DNA of 64,000 bases, taken from the NCBI GenBank assembly GCA_015680685.1, contig MNCI01001254.1, positions 67,658 through 131,657 on the forward strand, in the 5' to 3' direction. This document shows positions 1-12,749 of this stretch, piece after piece. The translations under genes were made by a program, and so were the position numbers. The notes below the pieces were generated by a model that was not told the DNA's origin, ran no database searches, and saw nothing but the letters and a program-made list of their open reading frames with translations. Origin of the DNA: Gnetum montanum (taxonomy: Eukaryota; Plantae; Gnetophyta). The number at the start of each line of letters is the position of its first letter. Position 1 is the first letter of the stretch.

Positions 1-174
1 TCGTTGTTGGAGTTCGCAAAAGGCAAGACAGGAGGCTTATCCATTCACAAAAATTGCATTGTTGAATATGTACTCAACTCCATGTCTGGCGCCCCTGCCA
101 TTGATGATGCTGCTGCTTGTGCAGCAGCGCTAGTTGGGCCTCCCGTAGTTTCTGGTAAATATGCGTGCAGGTGA
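1..174 (+). CDS. 3' part of the DUF26 ectodomain exon of a third CRK-family paralog (truncated by the window start)
   Basis: Frame 1 reads SLLEFAKGKTGGLSIHKNCIVEYVLNSMSGAPAIDDAAACAAALVGPPVVSG, which aligns with CRK1 [37 protein letters not shown]...PSG. It has the same G|GTAA donor at 154/155, and read-through stops at TGA 172-174. Confidence 0.8.
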   Translation, partial: SLLEFAKGKTGGLSIHKNCIVEYVLNSMSGAPAIDDAAACAAALVGPPVVSGKYACR

Positions 175-533
175 ATATGGATACCAACTACATTTATGAT
201 ACTGTTTAGTCATACATTTATGTATGATGCTGTTTAGTCATAGTTATAGTATAAAGTTCTTGTAATTTGTTTTCATAAAAGTTAAAATTTGTCGCCTAGT
301 GGTTGCAATGTGAATGTAGATTAAGTGATTGGAATCTTAGTGATCACTTACCTTAGACACATTTTCATAAATGACAATAACCTCAAAATCAATGCACCTT
401 CATTGCAGCACATAGCTTAGTTTAATTTTTTCTTTAATTACAAGTTAATTTCTTTGTTCCTTTACTTCACATGTACTTAGTTAATTATTTTAATTATTTA
501 TGTTTCATCACACAATAGTTATGGCGACATAAG

Positions 534-657
534 TACAATTGGTTTTGAGTATAACACATAACATTTGGTACTCGCAGTAGTGCTATTACTTGGTAATACA
601 ATTGGTTTTGAGTATAACACATAACATTTGGTACTCGCAGTAGTGCTATTACTTGGT
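534..657. repeat. 63-bp tandem duplication (2 copies)
   Basis: tacaattggttttgagtataacacataacatttggtactcgcagtagtgctattacttggt starts at both 534 and 597. Confidence 0.95.
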
Positions 658-1524
658 TCGCCCGATAGTAATCACTTGGTAATAAATCTAATGTGTATAG
701 CAAACTAGAAACAAATAATTATTGCCTAGGCTACAATAGTTTTTATTGTCTACACTTAGATTAGTTCTAATTAAATTTGTATATTATAATATGACCTAGA
801 CAACATTTGTATTATCTACTTTAATTACACTTAACCATACACATTAAAGTTACACAAGTGTAATTGAGAAGACATCAACCTATGATTGAATGCTTAGCTA
901 TCTAGTTGCCATGTTAGTCTAATTCATGGATTATGATCAAGTGACTTGCATACAATTATGATTGAGTATTAGGACTACTTGCTGCCAATCACTTTGCGAC
1001 AAGAAAAAGAAAAAGACCAAATAATAAATATATAACTAAATAAGTTAACACGTAAGCACTTAAAATAAGAGCCCTATGATTATTTTTAAACAAATATTTA
1101 GTAACATATGAGTAACTTAAATAGCATGGTATGAGAGATTCGAAGAACGGAGAGCTACGTGCTTCAATCATTGAAAAGTCTTTTCAAGAAAACTGGAACT
1201 AATGCAGAGACGTAACGTGTCCAACTCCACCTTTTTAACAATGCGATTTCCAATGGCGTGCGGCGATGGTCGGAATCGTTGCACCATTGATGTCTGAAAA
1301 GTCAAAACACCATTCAATTATGCGTGCAGCGCTGGGATTCAAAGATATCTGCCATAGATAATGATGGTCATTGACTGTAGCGTGTCTGTGGAAAAGTTCT
1401 GTTATGTGACACCATGAGCCAATCCACAATTTATGTCGCGTTTCATAGACGGACAGTACTGTATTTATCAAAAACTTTGATGAGGAGTTTTGTCTGAGCT
1501 CAGCCATTTCATTTCGGAAATACC

Positions 1525-4341
1525 ATGGCGAATCCCTGTAATGGCCGTTGCTGCATCATAATCCTTTCTGTTTTGGTAATCCTCTTCTTATTCTGCTGCC
1601 GCTGGACTACTTGCAGTATCATCCCGTTACAATGCAATGGAAACAATTACACAGAGGGCACAGCAGTGGCTAAAAACATAAAGACTGTGCTGGATAATCT
1701 GGTGAAGGCATCAAGGCAACCTGCAGCATTCAATACCTCTGTTGTTGTTGGCCGAGGAAATGATAGCACAGTCTATGGTCTGCTCCAATGTAGAGGAGAC
1801 CAGACTGCGGATCTATGCTTCAACAGTACGCAGGGTGCTAAACAGGTGCTTGAAAGGAATTGCAGTCGTAGTTTGGGAGCCACCATTTGGTATTCAAATT
1901 GCTTTATGCGCTATGAAATTTATGATTACATTCGCTCGCGTCAAGAAGGCAGCAATTTCGGGTCNGGTTTCGCATTTACTGACCTTCGCAAAACAAAAGA
2001 TAGGAGGCATATCTATTGACAAAAATTGCGTTGCTGAATTTGAAGTCAGCTCTTTTTTTGCCGCCCCTGCCATTGATGATGCTCATGCTCCTGCTCCTAC
2101 TCCTGCTCTTGCTTCTGCTCCTGCTCCTGCTCCTGAGTCTCCCACTTTGTCACTATTGCCTTCTGGTAATATGAGCATTTTTTAATTAAACATTGCATTT
2201 CATGTTTAACATTCATGTTGGTTTCAAATATTTGGGCGACAGCCTAAGGCTTGAGGTCTACTCTTTCTGTTTTTTATTTTTCTTTTCCGGATTATATGAT
2301 TATATCTAAAATTGCCGGGAGCATGGGCCTGTATTTTTGCTAAAAATTTGCGCCTTTACAAGATTGGCACAGTGAGTTTGCAAGGAAGGAGCGGAGGATC
2401 TTGCTAATAATCCTTTAGCAAGAATATATGTTCGACGCCATTATAGATATTTATTAACCTGGTTCTTCTCACTTGATTTTAAGTGCTTTAGAACTTAGAA
2501 CTTAGAATTGAGACGGACGAAGTACAATAATGGACTGAAAAGTTCTGGTGCTGCAGCTGGATCTAATAAAATGAGCAACAATGTAACGGCAATCGTAGGA
2601 GGCAGTGCAGGGGGCTTTGTCCTGCTTCTTCTCTTTTTGGGAGGATTCCTTCTTCTTCTGACCCGTAGAAGGAATGCAATTTCTGGAGGGCGACCTCATC
2701 AAACGAGTATGTCTTGGGCATTGGTTTCATCCTTGGGTCTCTGTTTGATATGCTTGGTTTAAAGTTTAAACAGAGATTTGAAATTTATTTGCAATTGTAT
2801 CGTGATTATTATCCATGAAAACAGGGACTTCAAGCCCACAGNTTTGTATCGTGATTATTATCCATGAAAACAGGGACTTCAAGCCCACAGCAAGCGGAGC
2901 AGGAGGATCTTGTTAACGAAGATAATAATATTCTTTTTACTGCAGAAGAGCTCAGACTTGCCACAAATAATTACGATGATGAACTCAAACTTGGAGAGGG
3001 AGGATTTGGTTCAGTTTATAAGGTCAACTGTCTATAGCTCTTTACAAAACCATCTTAATTGGCACAAAAATATTTTCTCAAACAAGTAGTTTCTACTCTC
3101 ATTTTACAGGGAACTCTCCGAAATGGACAAAACGTAGCAGTGAAGAAGCTGTCCCAAAGTTCCTCACAAGCTAAACATGAATTTATGAATGAAATCAAGC
3201 TTATGATGAACGTTCAGCATAGAAATCTTGTGAATCTTTTAGGATGCTGTATCGAAGGTTCTCAGAAGATTCTTGTTTATGAGTATCTCTACAACTCTAG
3301 CCTTGACAAATTCCTTTTTGGTAAGGCTTCATTAATTATTATGTTGGGTTAACATGCTTCTCATTTACCTTGTTGGGCCCTGTTCCTGGGTTTTCATTTT
3401 AAGAAATCATCCTCTTGTTTTTCTAACAGACCCCAGGAAGAAAATACATCTTAATCAGACACGACGTTTTAACATAATCCTAGGGGTTGCTAAAGGACTA
3501 CTGTACTTGCACGAAGACTCTAATATCAAAATCATTCATCGAGATATCAAAGCAGCCAACATTTTACTGGACGGGAAGTTTGAACCAAAGATTGCAGATT
3601 TTGGTTTAGCAAAGTTATTCTCTAGCACACAGTCTAAGATTCTGACCAGAATTGCGGGTACCCGGTAAAAATTCAAGATCAAAATAATGATTTTGTAGAA
3701 AATAAAAGTACTTAAAGTAGGCTAGCAGTAGGCAAAATATTTTCGTTATGACTGCAATCATTATTCTTTTATCAGTGGATACATGGCACCAGAGTATGCA
3801 ATGCATGGACAGTTATCCATTAAGGCAGATGTCTATAGTTTTGGTATTCTTCTTATGGAAATTATTTGCGGAAGAAGGAACAATGACATTGACTCGTTCA
3901 ATGGGCAAAGTATGCTAGCAGAGGTAATCTCAGCTCTTTAGATCTAAAGCTTGCATTAAACACTGTTAGTGTTAACTTTTAATTCAGATTTTAAAATAGT
4001 CACAATTTTTTATTTTTTATTTTTTATGCCAGATATGGAGATTATTTCAAGAGGGCAACATTTTTGATATAGTTGATGCAAGCATTAAATTGAGTTGTGT
4101 TCAAGAACAAGCCATGAGGTTCATGCAGGTAGCACTTCTATGCACACAAGCAAATGCAGACTTCCGACCGCCAATGTCAAGAGTGTTGTGTATGCTTTCA
4201 GATGCCTCTGTCACTTTGCCATATCCAACCATCCCTGCATTTGTGAATTTTAACAGTCACTCTGATTCCAGCTCTCCTGACGGGGATCACACACCCACAA
4301 TACCAAGTAATTCAGAATTAAGTTTAACACTCCCTCGATAG
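1525..4341 (+). CDS. CRK: Cysteine-rich receptor-like kinase (DUF26/Gnk2 ectodomain, TM, RD kinase), 7 exons: 1525-2165, 2506-2706, 2874-3022, 3110-3320, 3430-3664, 3776-3923, 4033-4341
   Basis: Signal peptide, DUF26 ([10 protein letters not shown]...C...[14 protein letters not shown]), Pro/Ala-rich linker and TM ([17 protein letters not shown]). Kinase motifs [52 protein letters not shown] introns lie at typical CRK positions. Exon 1 has an assembly N at 1965 where much of the second DUF26 appears to be missing. Confidence 0.9.
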
Positions 4342-4402
4342 CATCATGTTATAGTGCCCAATAAGCTAAGCCGTTTGTTTTAAGTACAAGTGTTCTTTTC
4401 AG

Positions 4403-4524
4403 TCTGGAAATTCACATTTCTTTCAAAAATTTGAAGGATACATGGAAATCAAGTGACGAGTGATCTGGAAATTCACATTTCTTTCAAAAGTTTGAAGGAT
4501 ACATGGAAATCAAGTGACGAGTGA
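4403..4524. repeat. 61-bp tandem duplication in the CRK1 3' region
   Basis: tctggaaattcacatttctttcaaaa...caagtgacgagtga occurs twice here and once in the paralog near 37645. Confidence 0.9.
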
Positions 4525-7292
4525 ACAAGTGCAGTGTAGGATTGTAGTGGCCCTACAATGAAGTCCGTCCTTAGCATTGATTTATGGACAATTTCCAGAT
4601 TCGTAGATCAAATGCATGAATGATTTTTATTGAAATTAAAATATCAAGGGTTTCTTTTTCCTTATAATATGCGAGTACAATTTATAAGTTTGTTCATTGC
4701 TGAGAAACATAATCCAGGTAGATGTGAGTCATGAATGTGGCATTAGCAGACTGTACGATATTTACCTTCTTTGTTGCATACTTGCATCTCTGTTACCAGA
4801 TTTGATCTACTTCGATTTATTTTTTTGAATAAACGAATTTGAACGTTAAAAGCTAAATCACATGGCCAGGGGCTATTTGTTGGATGGGCTTTAGGGTGCA
4901 AAAGAAGAACAATCTATTCTGAGAAAAGCTATGCTAGTCCGCTTTGATGGACTAATAGTTTTTCATAGAAACATGATTACGATGCTTACTCTGTCCGCTT
5001 ATCTTGCTTCGCTGAATAATTTTTAGATTTAAGATCACGAATGTATAATGATGTAAAGCCTTGATCGCGAGACCGCCGCGACCGCCTTTATATAACAGGT
5101 ACATCCTTCATATAGATACATAGAAAAGCTCCCGTTAAAAGAAAATTGTATTTAAGGAAGGTTATCACGATGTTCATGATGTTTTTTTTAAGTGGAGATT
5201 ATAATTATCATGTGACAACAGAGATGTTATAGTATCACAGCAACAAAACTCAATAACTTAACAGAAAATACCGAAACATATCTTCTGGGGACGTTCCCTA
5301 CACCAATGTGCAGAGTTCCTAGCACACTGCATGTGCGGAGAAATTTCTTTAACGTGTGGACCATCGAAAAAGCACAGATCCAGTGGCCAATGAGACTTTT
5401 CAAACTTTTGAATATGGAATCCACCAGTCTCAAATTTCCCCCGAATAGACACTTCAACTGCTCGAGCAATCTTGTCAGTTAATGGCTCAGATTTATGAAT
5501 CAAAGCCAAGCCAGTGGTCATTGCAGAAATTCCAGTCTCCGCTGAGCATTAAATGTCCTGTTCGATCCACGCCTCAGAGCGATATTGGTCCGTGTGGAAG
5601 GTGGGAAATTAATGCCCCCAATGCCTCCTCTTTGGGATTAGAAAATCAGCTCCTACTTAGCCACTTGCGACGTCTCATATCTATTATGCGCAGGGTCGGT
5701 GGTCCGTGTGGAAGGTGGGAGAATATGAAGCCGCGTTTAGAGCAAATCCGTCAAATCCGGCGCTGATTTAAGAAATTCTTTATGTTTTTTGTTTTTGTTT
5801 TTACTTTAGATCCATTCTGAGAAGTCGTGAGTGAATGTGATGGGTACTTATCCTGGATTTTGGATAATGGCATAACTAATATCTAAAGTAGTGAAATGGC
5901 CATCATCTATGTTATTTGTCACATGCATCATTTTTACTATGGCATGGCTTTTAGTTTTAATCTACATGGCATTCACATGAATGAACCCTCACAACCCTCC
6001 TCAGTTGCAACAAGCTGGAAACCATATGCAACTGAAATTAATTATAATGATCATGACTTTGTAAAAGAAACAACAATAAATTGTGTGGTAGTTCGCATGT
6101 ATATAGGTTGGCCAATCAAATAACCATAGTTAGCCATACCTACCAAAAACCATGAAATATGAGCAAGTCCTTATAGGCTCTTTGTAAAACTAGCTCTATA
6201 GAAAGTTGCAGTCAAGATGGAGAGATTGCAAGAGGTTGTGGAGCGCTTATGTATTTCCATGGTGTTTGTTTTGCGAGTTCTGATTTATAAATTCCATGGT
6301 GATGAAGACTCAACCCATAAGTGAAAAGGGACTTTGTGAATTTATTGTGGGTATAAGATTACAATATAGGGATTATTTGCTCATTTGTGAAACAATGGAG
6401 ATTGATTTATTGTGCTATTGGTCATGAAAACATCATGAGCTGAAAATTTTGTGAGGAGTATCGCCCTCATAAGTTTGTTGATTAAAGTATCAAAGAGTGT
6501 TTATTAGAGGTGGTAGTGGAGGAATGTTAGACTTTCATTTTATATTTAGTGGGTAGCTCTAATATACCATAGACTATCTCTAAGTGCCTAAGGAGTTATT
6601 GTAAGCTGTGGTAATAGCCTAATCATAGTACTTAATAATGTACAATAAGTCTTATAAGTACTTATAATCCCTATGTTGAGCACATTCGAGTTATAAGTAA
6701 ACTAAATCTAGTATGAGTACTAATGATATTCTATTGTAGGTAAAGTCTAACTAGTATTGTCTATGGTTCTCTTTTCTCTTCGTAATTCCTTATTATTGTG
6801 TTTGGGCTATCTATATCACTAGGTTGAAGAACTTCTTGTATTTTAATGGCGTTATCCCTTTCTCTAGCAATGTTACAACTTTTATATTTTGTAAGAGCCT
6901 TTTAGCATTGTGAATTCTCTAACTTACTTATCACATAGTTAGGGATTTGCTTATGCTTAATCTTACATGGGTTAGTCCATGTTAGTTTTCTTCAATAATC
7001 CACAGCTAGGCAACGACAACTATCATTAGCTATCTTCTCCTTGTAACTTGGCTTTGTGAGTTCTTTTCCTTTCCCTTCTTGGCTTTTGGACTCACTATGC
7101 TTACATTTTTCAATCTTCAATCTTTGATGCTTTAATATTCCTTTTAGTGTTGGATATATATAGGACTCACAATTTTAAGATAATTTGTGAGTATGTTATG
7201 AAGGTTTTGATTTCTTCAGTCCTTACAAACTAGAACTAATATCATCTTTGTAAGTACCATTTGGAAGAGCTAAGAGTTCATCTTCTAGGCAA

Positions 7293-8236
7293 GATTGAAT
7301 TTCCTTGAGGCATATCTGCATATTTTTACTACTTTGTCCTTTTCTTCTTTGAGAATGGCTCCCCAGAATTCTTGTGAGCCATCTATCTCTATGATCAAGT
7401 GTCCATCAAAAGGTAATTGTAGTTATGGTAAATGAGAACACTGTTGCTTTATCTGAGAGACAATTTGACTATGTTTTTGGGTCTAGGGAGAAGGATTTTG
7501 TCCTAACTATTCATTTAGGAGCTTCCTATCTTTGGCTAGGTCCTTATAAAATCTTGAGCAATAATGTATGCGTCCCAAGAATCTTTGAAGTTGTGTTTTA
7601 TCTTTAAGTTCATCTGGAAACTGACTGATAGATTCTAGGATGTGGTTTTGTAGGGCAACTATTCCTTGGCTAATTTCTAATCCTAAAAATTCTATTTTTT
7701 TCTTTTGCAATTTGCATTTTGGTTGGTGATAGAACTAAACCATTCTGATCTACAAGATGAAAGAAGACTTCTAAATGTTCTAGACGTTCCTTTGGATTTT
7801 TACCCATGACAAGAATGTCATTTATATATATCATGATAAAAGGATAAGGACTAAAAATAGAGTCCATACATTTTTGGAATATAGATGGAGCAGTTTTTAA
7901 TCCAAAGGGTAAAATTGTCCATTCATATAATCCACCAGGAGTAGTAAATGTTGTTTTCCACCTATCTTGTGGTTGCACCTGGATCTGCCAAAACCTAGCT
8001 TTAAGATCAAACCTAGAGTATATATGTGTATGTACTAATCTTTGGAATAGATCATCTTTATTGGGTATTATATGTTGCATAGGTTTGACAATAGCATTCA
8101 ATGGTTTGTAATTGACTACCAACTGCTTTTTTCCTCTTACTTGTTCTACCCTTTTGTTAACAAAAAAAGCAGCATAAGCAAACATGTTGGTGATTGGTTG
8201 TATGAGATTCTTTTCTTTCAGAATGGCTATTTCCAT
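7293..8236 (-). pseudogene. Caulimovirid reverse transcriptase and tether (copy 1)
   Basis: AAFFVNKRVEQVRGKKQLVVNYKPLN, YSRFDLKARFWQI, YEWTILPFGLKTAPSIFQ, YINDILV (YIDD in copy 2), LQRFLG. Frameshift near 7695 and stops. Confidence 0.93.
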
Positions 8237-8479
8237 CTCACATTTTTGTTTTCAAGAAGGAGACATTCCTATGTGGTGTGCTTTAGCTTTGATTTTCACA
8301 TTTTCTTTAAGATCAATACAACACCAATGTTCCTTTTTCTTTCTAAAGATTTTGGGGTCATCACTGGCTAATGTTAGGAGTTTTGTTTGAATATTTTCAA
8401 ATTGATCATTCATTTTTTCTATAGTGTTGACTACCCATGCGAGGTTGCAAGGCTTTGGTTGTTTCTTCTAAATAAAATG

Positions 8480-8886
8480 AGCTTTATAAGTACTCTGCCT
8501 ATTAAATGTATGTCCTCCTATCAAGACATTGGTAGAACCTATAGTGTATGGTTCTAACTTAGCTAAATTATCAATTACTATAAGTCATATGATTTTATTT
8601 CACAATGAAAAACATCTAATACTAATATCCTATTATCTATAGTTTTGATTGGAAGTTTATTTTTGTATTCCATGGGAACTTTCTACGTGTTGAAATAAAC
8701 ATAGGTCCTTTCCTTCTTTTCCCATAAGTAGATTGGAACCACTTCCCATTTGGCTAAAGATACTTCTACTCCATAGTCAATTAATGCATCTATGGGATAA
8801 GATCTTATACCATTTATCTTAATATAAAATGTACAAATAGGAAAATATGTTTCTTTATTATTATTATTAATTAGATTGACAGGCAT
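8480..8886 (-). pseudogene. Caulimovirid aspartic protease
   Basis: YPIDALIDYGVEVSL (degenerate D[S/T]G) directly upstream of RT. The lower boundary is approximate. Confidence 0.75.
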
Positions 8887-9417
8887 GGCTTGTGTTTCTT
8901 CTTGATATTTTTGTCTCTAATAACTTTCTTCTATTTTTTCTAATTCAGCTAGGTCATTAGATGTCCATTGAATGTATTTCCTTAATTAGGATATACACTA
9001 TGTTCGTAGACAAGATTCATCAAGAAGAGGGATTTATTCTTGGGTGTGTTTTCTTTTAGACCTTTCAGATTTTTCATCTTCCCCTTCTATTTCTTCTCTG
9101 TCTATTTCTATTTCCTCATCTTCTTCTAAGGGTTGAGAGTCATGGTATTTCTGCCATTGTTCTTCTATTACATATCTATGTTCCTCTAATTCCCTTTGTT
9201 TCTCTTTTATCCTTCATTTTAGAGACATGGTCCTATTGAAATCATCTATTGGTTGTTTTTCTAATTGTTCTTGCAAATGTTGTAATTGGGACTTGATAAT
9301 CTTATACGTTGGATCATGTTCTACATTATCTATTTGGCTATCAAAGGAATGTTCAGACCACGATGGTTCTTGTGATGGTGGCTTTGTTCTATGAGTGCAA
9401 CACGTATTCATGTTGCA

Positions 9418-10500
9418 CTAATAATATGCGTCAAAATCACTATTGTGCTCATACCCTCTAGATAAAAGAGAAGGATCTACATCACTGGAATCCAAATATT
9501 CATAAGGTTTGATGAGGATGTCATCAAGTTCAAAAGAAACCTTATCATCATCTAAAAACTCATAGTATTGTTTAGACAGGCTGTGATGTTCAATGAAATT
9601 AACACACTGAGTGTGCTTCTCGTTTTTGAGATAGTTGCAAGCAAAGTGGTTGTCTTGACAGACAAAACACTTAACTTGTCCTTTGGAAAGTTTTTGCTTG
9701 GGATGTTTGAACATACCACGGGATATACATTGGGGTTTGTCATCTAATTTCTTTTATTGTTGCCTACATCTATATGGTTTTTTGTATATGGGATACTTAT
9801 TTTAACTTTTATAGGATTTTTGATAACAACATTTATCTTGCCAAGTTGGTTTTAACCACTTATGTCCAGGACATATAGAGGCATAGAAAGACTTTCCTAA
9901 TTGTTTATTAATCTACTTGACAACAGATTGGGCACTAAGGTCATCACAGAGGTCACGGTTCACATCATTGATAAGCTTGACAATATAATTAAAGCTGACA
10001 TCATCCAACGTTCTGTTGTGATATTTTAATTCTTATACATATTTTTCTACAAATGGAGAAGGCATCACTCCTATGTTGCAAATTTGTCATGAGTTAATTT
10101 TCCTTTATAATACTAGTCTTCCATTTGAGTCAAGAACTCATCCGTATCCTGAATATGTTGTAACCTAGCACTGAAAAATGTTCCCTACATGTTGTAATAT
10201 AATTGTCTTTATGGCCTCTAAATTCTTTAATAATGGCGTTAATAGAAAACATAGAAGGTCCATCTAATAATATTTTCTTTATGTAAGCATCTATCTATCT
10301 GATTCCACCATCTCCTAAGATTTTCTGTGAAATTAAACATAGCATTCTGTATAGCATGTTTCATAGATTTTTTTTATCTAAAATGACTTTTCTATCTATG
10401 AAACCTGTAATGTTATCAAGAACCTATTGTCGTTGTGCAAACGTATAGTTATCCATGGAGAATCTTAGTTCTCTTTCACTAAGTGGTCTAGAAGAGATTG
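9418..10500 (-). pseudogene. Caulimovirid coat protein region with zinc knuckle
   Basis: A basic region is followed by KCFVCQDNHFACNYLK (restorable to CFVCQDNHFARNCPK by transitions) and an acidic tail. It lies between MP and protease. Boundaries are approximate. Confidence 0.7.
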
Positions 10501-11639
10501 CCTGATACTCTTGAGGGTTTTGAGTATGCATTTCAGGATTTTTTAAAATATTTTCTTCTTTTGAATCGAGTTTACACTTAGAATCTAAGATCGTGGATTG
10601 AGATTCTTAGTTTGCATTTATCTTACCCTTTCCCTTTTATTCTTTGATAAATATAGGTCTAGGATGGGTCGTATGGTGAGATGTGTGTTGGGATGTTGGA
10701 GAATCTATGTTTGTTCCACATTTAGGTATTCTGTACTTAGGAGGAGACTCAACCTTAGCTTTAGATGCAGTTGTGGAGGTTTTCTTCGGGACCCATTGTT
10801 GTTCTATGGTCCTAAGTTTAGAATTTATGGATGAAATCCTTTGATTCATTCTATCATTATGTTTATGTATTGCCATCATATCCTAGGTCATTACACTAAT
10901 TTTCTAATTAGCCTAGTTTTGTAGCTTAATAGTATCAGAACGTGGATCTATACTCATTTTCTAACATAAGTTGTGGGCTTGTTCAAACTTTGGTTTGTGA
11001 GATTCCTTTTCTTTAGATTTTTCATTTTCACCTTCTGTGTTGGTACCTACTTGTCGATTCATGCTAATTTTTAACAACTAATCACACTTAGAATAGTGAT
11101 ATTGTGAATCATATTTTATCACTACTGTGTGGGGATAGGAACTTGTTGAGGTTGCTTTAGATTCATTATCTAAGATTTCTCTTAGTTCCTTTGTCTAGAT
11201 CTATTTCCCTTTATGATCTTATATCTCCTTTAAAATGGCATGAGATGTTTCTAGGGCTTTCCCTAAGATTTTGTTTACCTTATAAGAGATCCCTAAATCC
11301 TTAAAGATCCTCTTTAATCTTTCTTCTTGTGTTTCCTTTTCAAGTAGATCTATTTTAGGAAGAATAAAAGATCTCCTTGAAGGGATTAACTAAGAAGGAT
11401 TCTTTATGGGAGAAAGAATTCTTTTACTAGGTTCTCCCATTTCAAAGAAAGGATCTATGTTCAAGAATCTAGGAGTTTTTAGGTTTACATGATAAGTTTT
11501 CCTTCCTAGATTATGTCGAGACTTCTTAAGTACTATGTGTTCATAAAATTCTTCAGTTGTGTCATCTAATTGAGGGTATAGAGTATGAATAGGCAAATCC
11601 TCAATATTCTTTTGTACCATAGGAGATAATATGTTCGCC

Positions 11640-12242
11640 AAATGGTAAGAGTGTTTTTATACTAACAATCTAGAAAAGCGTAAAAATTAAGCGAGTACCT
11701 ATTGTAGCATACACACTACCTACTTTCATATCTAAAGGAATGTAAGCAATAACCATTAGACTATTATGTAAATGATGGTCCCTGAGTAGGAGAGTAAAGT
11801 TGTGAAGTGTAACTACCAGTGCATCAGATACAAGATGGCCTTTTGCCTAAGTGATAATGGCATCTTGAAACTTCTTGAATCTCCAATCTACTAGTGCAAG
11901 CTAGTAGGGGTTTTTTAGAAGGTAATTAAAGTGAGGGTGGATATGTATATCAAGTTCAATAATATGGATATAATTATATCTAGCTTAAATCCATTGCCTG
12001 ACCTCATCCCCCAAGACGAAAGAAAGTGTGACTGGACGAAGGCCAGAACCACTAATTTCTAATTCACACTCAAATAAATGCATAAAAGTGATAGATTCTA
12101 AGGGACATAACTTTTTAAACCAATAGAATTTGTGTTGTCTTGAAACGAGAGGCATGGTGGAGCAACTAGATCTACTATAGAAAGTAGAAATGTGATGAGC
12201 ATAAGGAGTAGAAGAACCTGATAAAGCTTGGGTGTCAGCCAT
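11640..12242 (-). pseudogene. 30K-superfamily movement protein domain (start of viral ORF1)
   Basis: The ATG is ~120 nt downstream of the PBS. Reading through stops gives RYNYIHIIELDIHIHPHF...LALVDWRFKKFQDAII...GHL...NFTLLLRDHHLHNSL, the caulimovirid MP core pattern. Confidence 0.8.
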
Positions 12243-12357
12243 GGTCTAAGTATGTAGTTGAGAAGTATATCGTTATAGCTACATGTCTTACACGTCACTT
12301 CCCAACCTTTACTGCACACCTTTGATGACTCTACGACCCAATATTGCAAAACACGAG

Positions 12358-12375
12358 AACGTGGCTCTGATACCA
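12358..12375 (-). other. tRNA-Met(i) primer-binding site of the virus
   Basis: Minus strand TGGTATCAGAGCCACGTT matches the complement of the plant initiator tRNA 3' end (TGGTATCAGAGCCAGGTT) at 17/18 positions. Confidence 0.95.
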
Positions 12376-12465
12376 ATCTTTTCCCATATCTCTCTCCCTT
12401 GCTTAGCTCTCTCTCTAAATCATTTTCAAAGCAACAGAAATATAAACTAAAAGAGTCTTAGATCA

Positions 12466-12610
12466 TTTATTCGCACTACAAAATAGAGATACAATCATAG
12501 ACTTAAGCACTTAAGGGATGCTTGGAAAGAATGCTTGCAATGCGCTATGAGCAACTCTTGCGATTTCTCTTCTGATGCGTTTTAAGTGTTCCAGACTACT
12601 CCTTTTATAA
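12466..12610 (-). promoter_or_regulatory. Viral pregenomic promoter TATA box and downstream polyA signal
   Basis: Minus strand TATAAAAGG at ~12601-12609 and AATAAA at 12466-12471, both upstream of the PBS. This is the usual caulimovirid TATA-R-polyA-PBS order. Confidence 0.65.
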
Positions 12611-12749
12611 GAGTTTTACAACACTGTTGGTAATGCGTTTACACAACCATTACACTACCAAACCTTATTAGGAATCTACTTTTAAAAAACTACTTTAGAA
12701 ATGTAACATGCAAACACACTTTTACAGAGCATTTTATTATACATGACAA

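Larger units (their letters stand above)
795..7087 (+). repeat. Segmental duplication copy A (CRK plus flanks), paralogous to 32520-39278
   Basis: Promoter, exons, introns, 3' UTR and downstream repeat are collinear, roughly 85-92% identical by eye. Homology ends at ...cccttcttggctttt (7087) versus ...gccttcttgactttt (39278). Confidence 0.9.

Noticed and set aside
316-1000. Possible MITE bounded by aagtgattgg / ccaatcactt
   Set aside because: Only a 10-bp inverted match, with no convincing termini or TSD.
2795-2891. 48-bp duplication of the exon-3 acceptor as alternative splicing
   Set aside because: The two copies are identical, abut an N and are single in CRK2, so this is most likely an assembly overlap.
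5965-6263. Possible MITE or miRNA hairpin (cacaaccctc...ttgcaa versus ttgcaagaggttgtg)
   Set aside because: The arms are short and gapped, with no TSD and no continuous stem.
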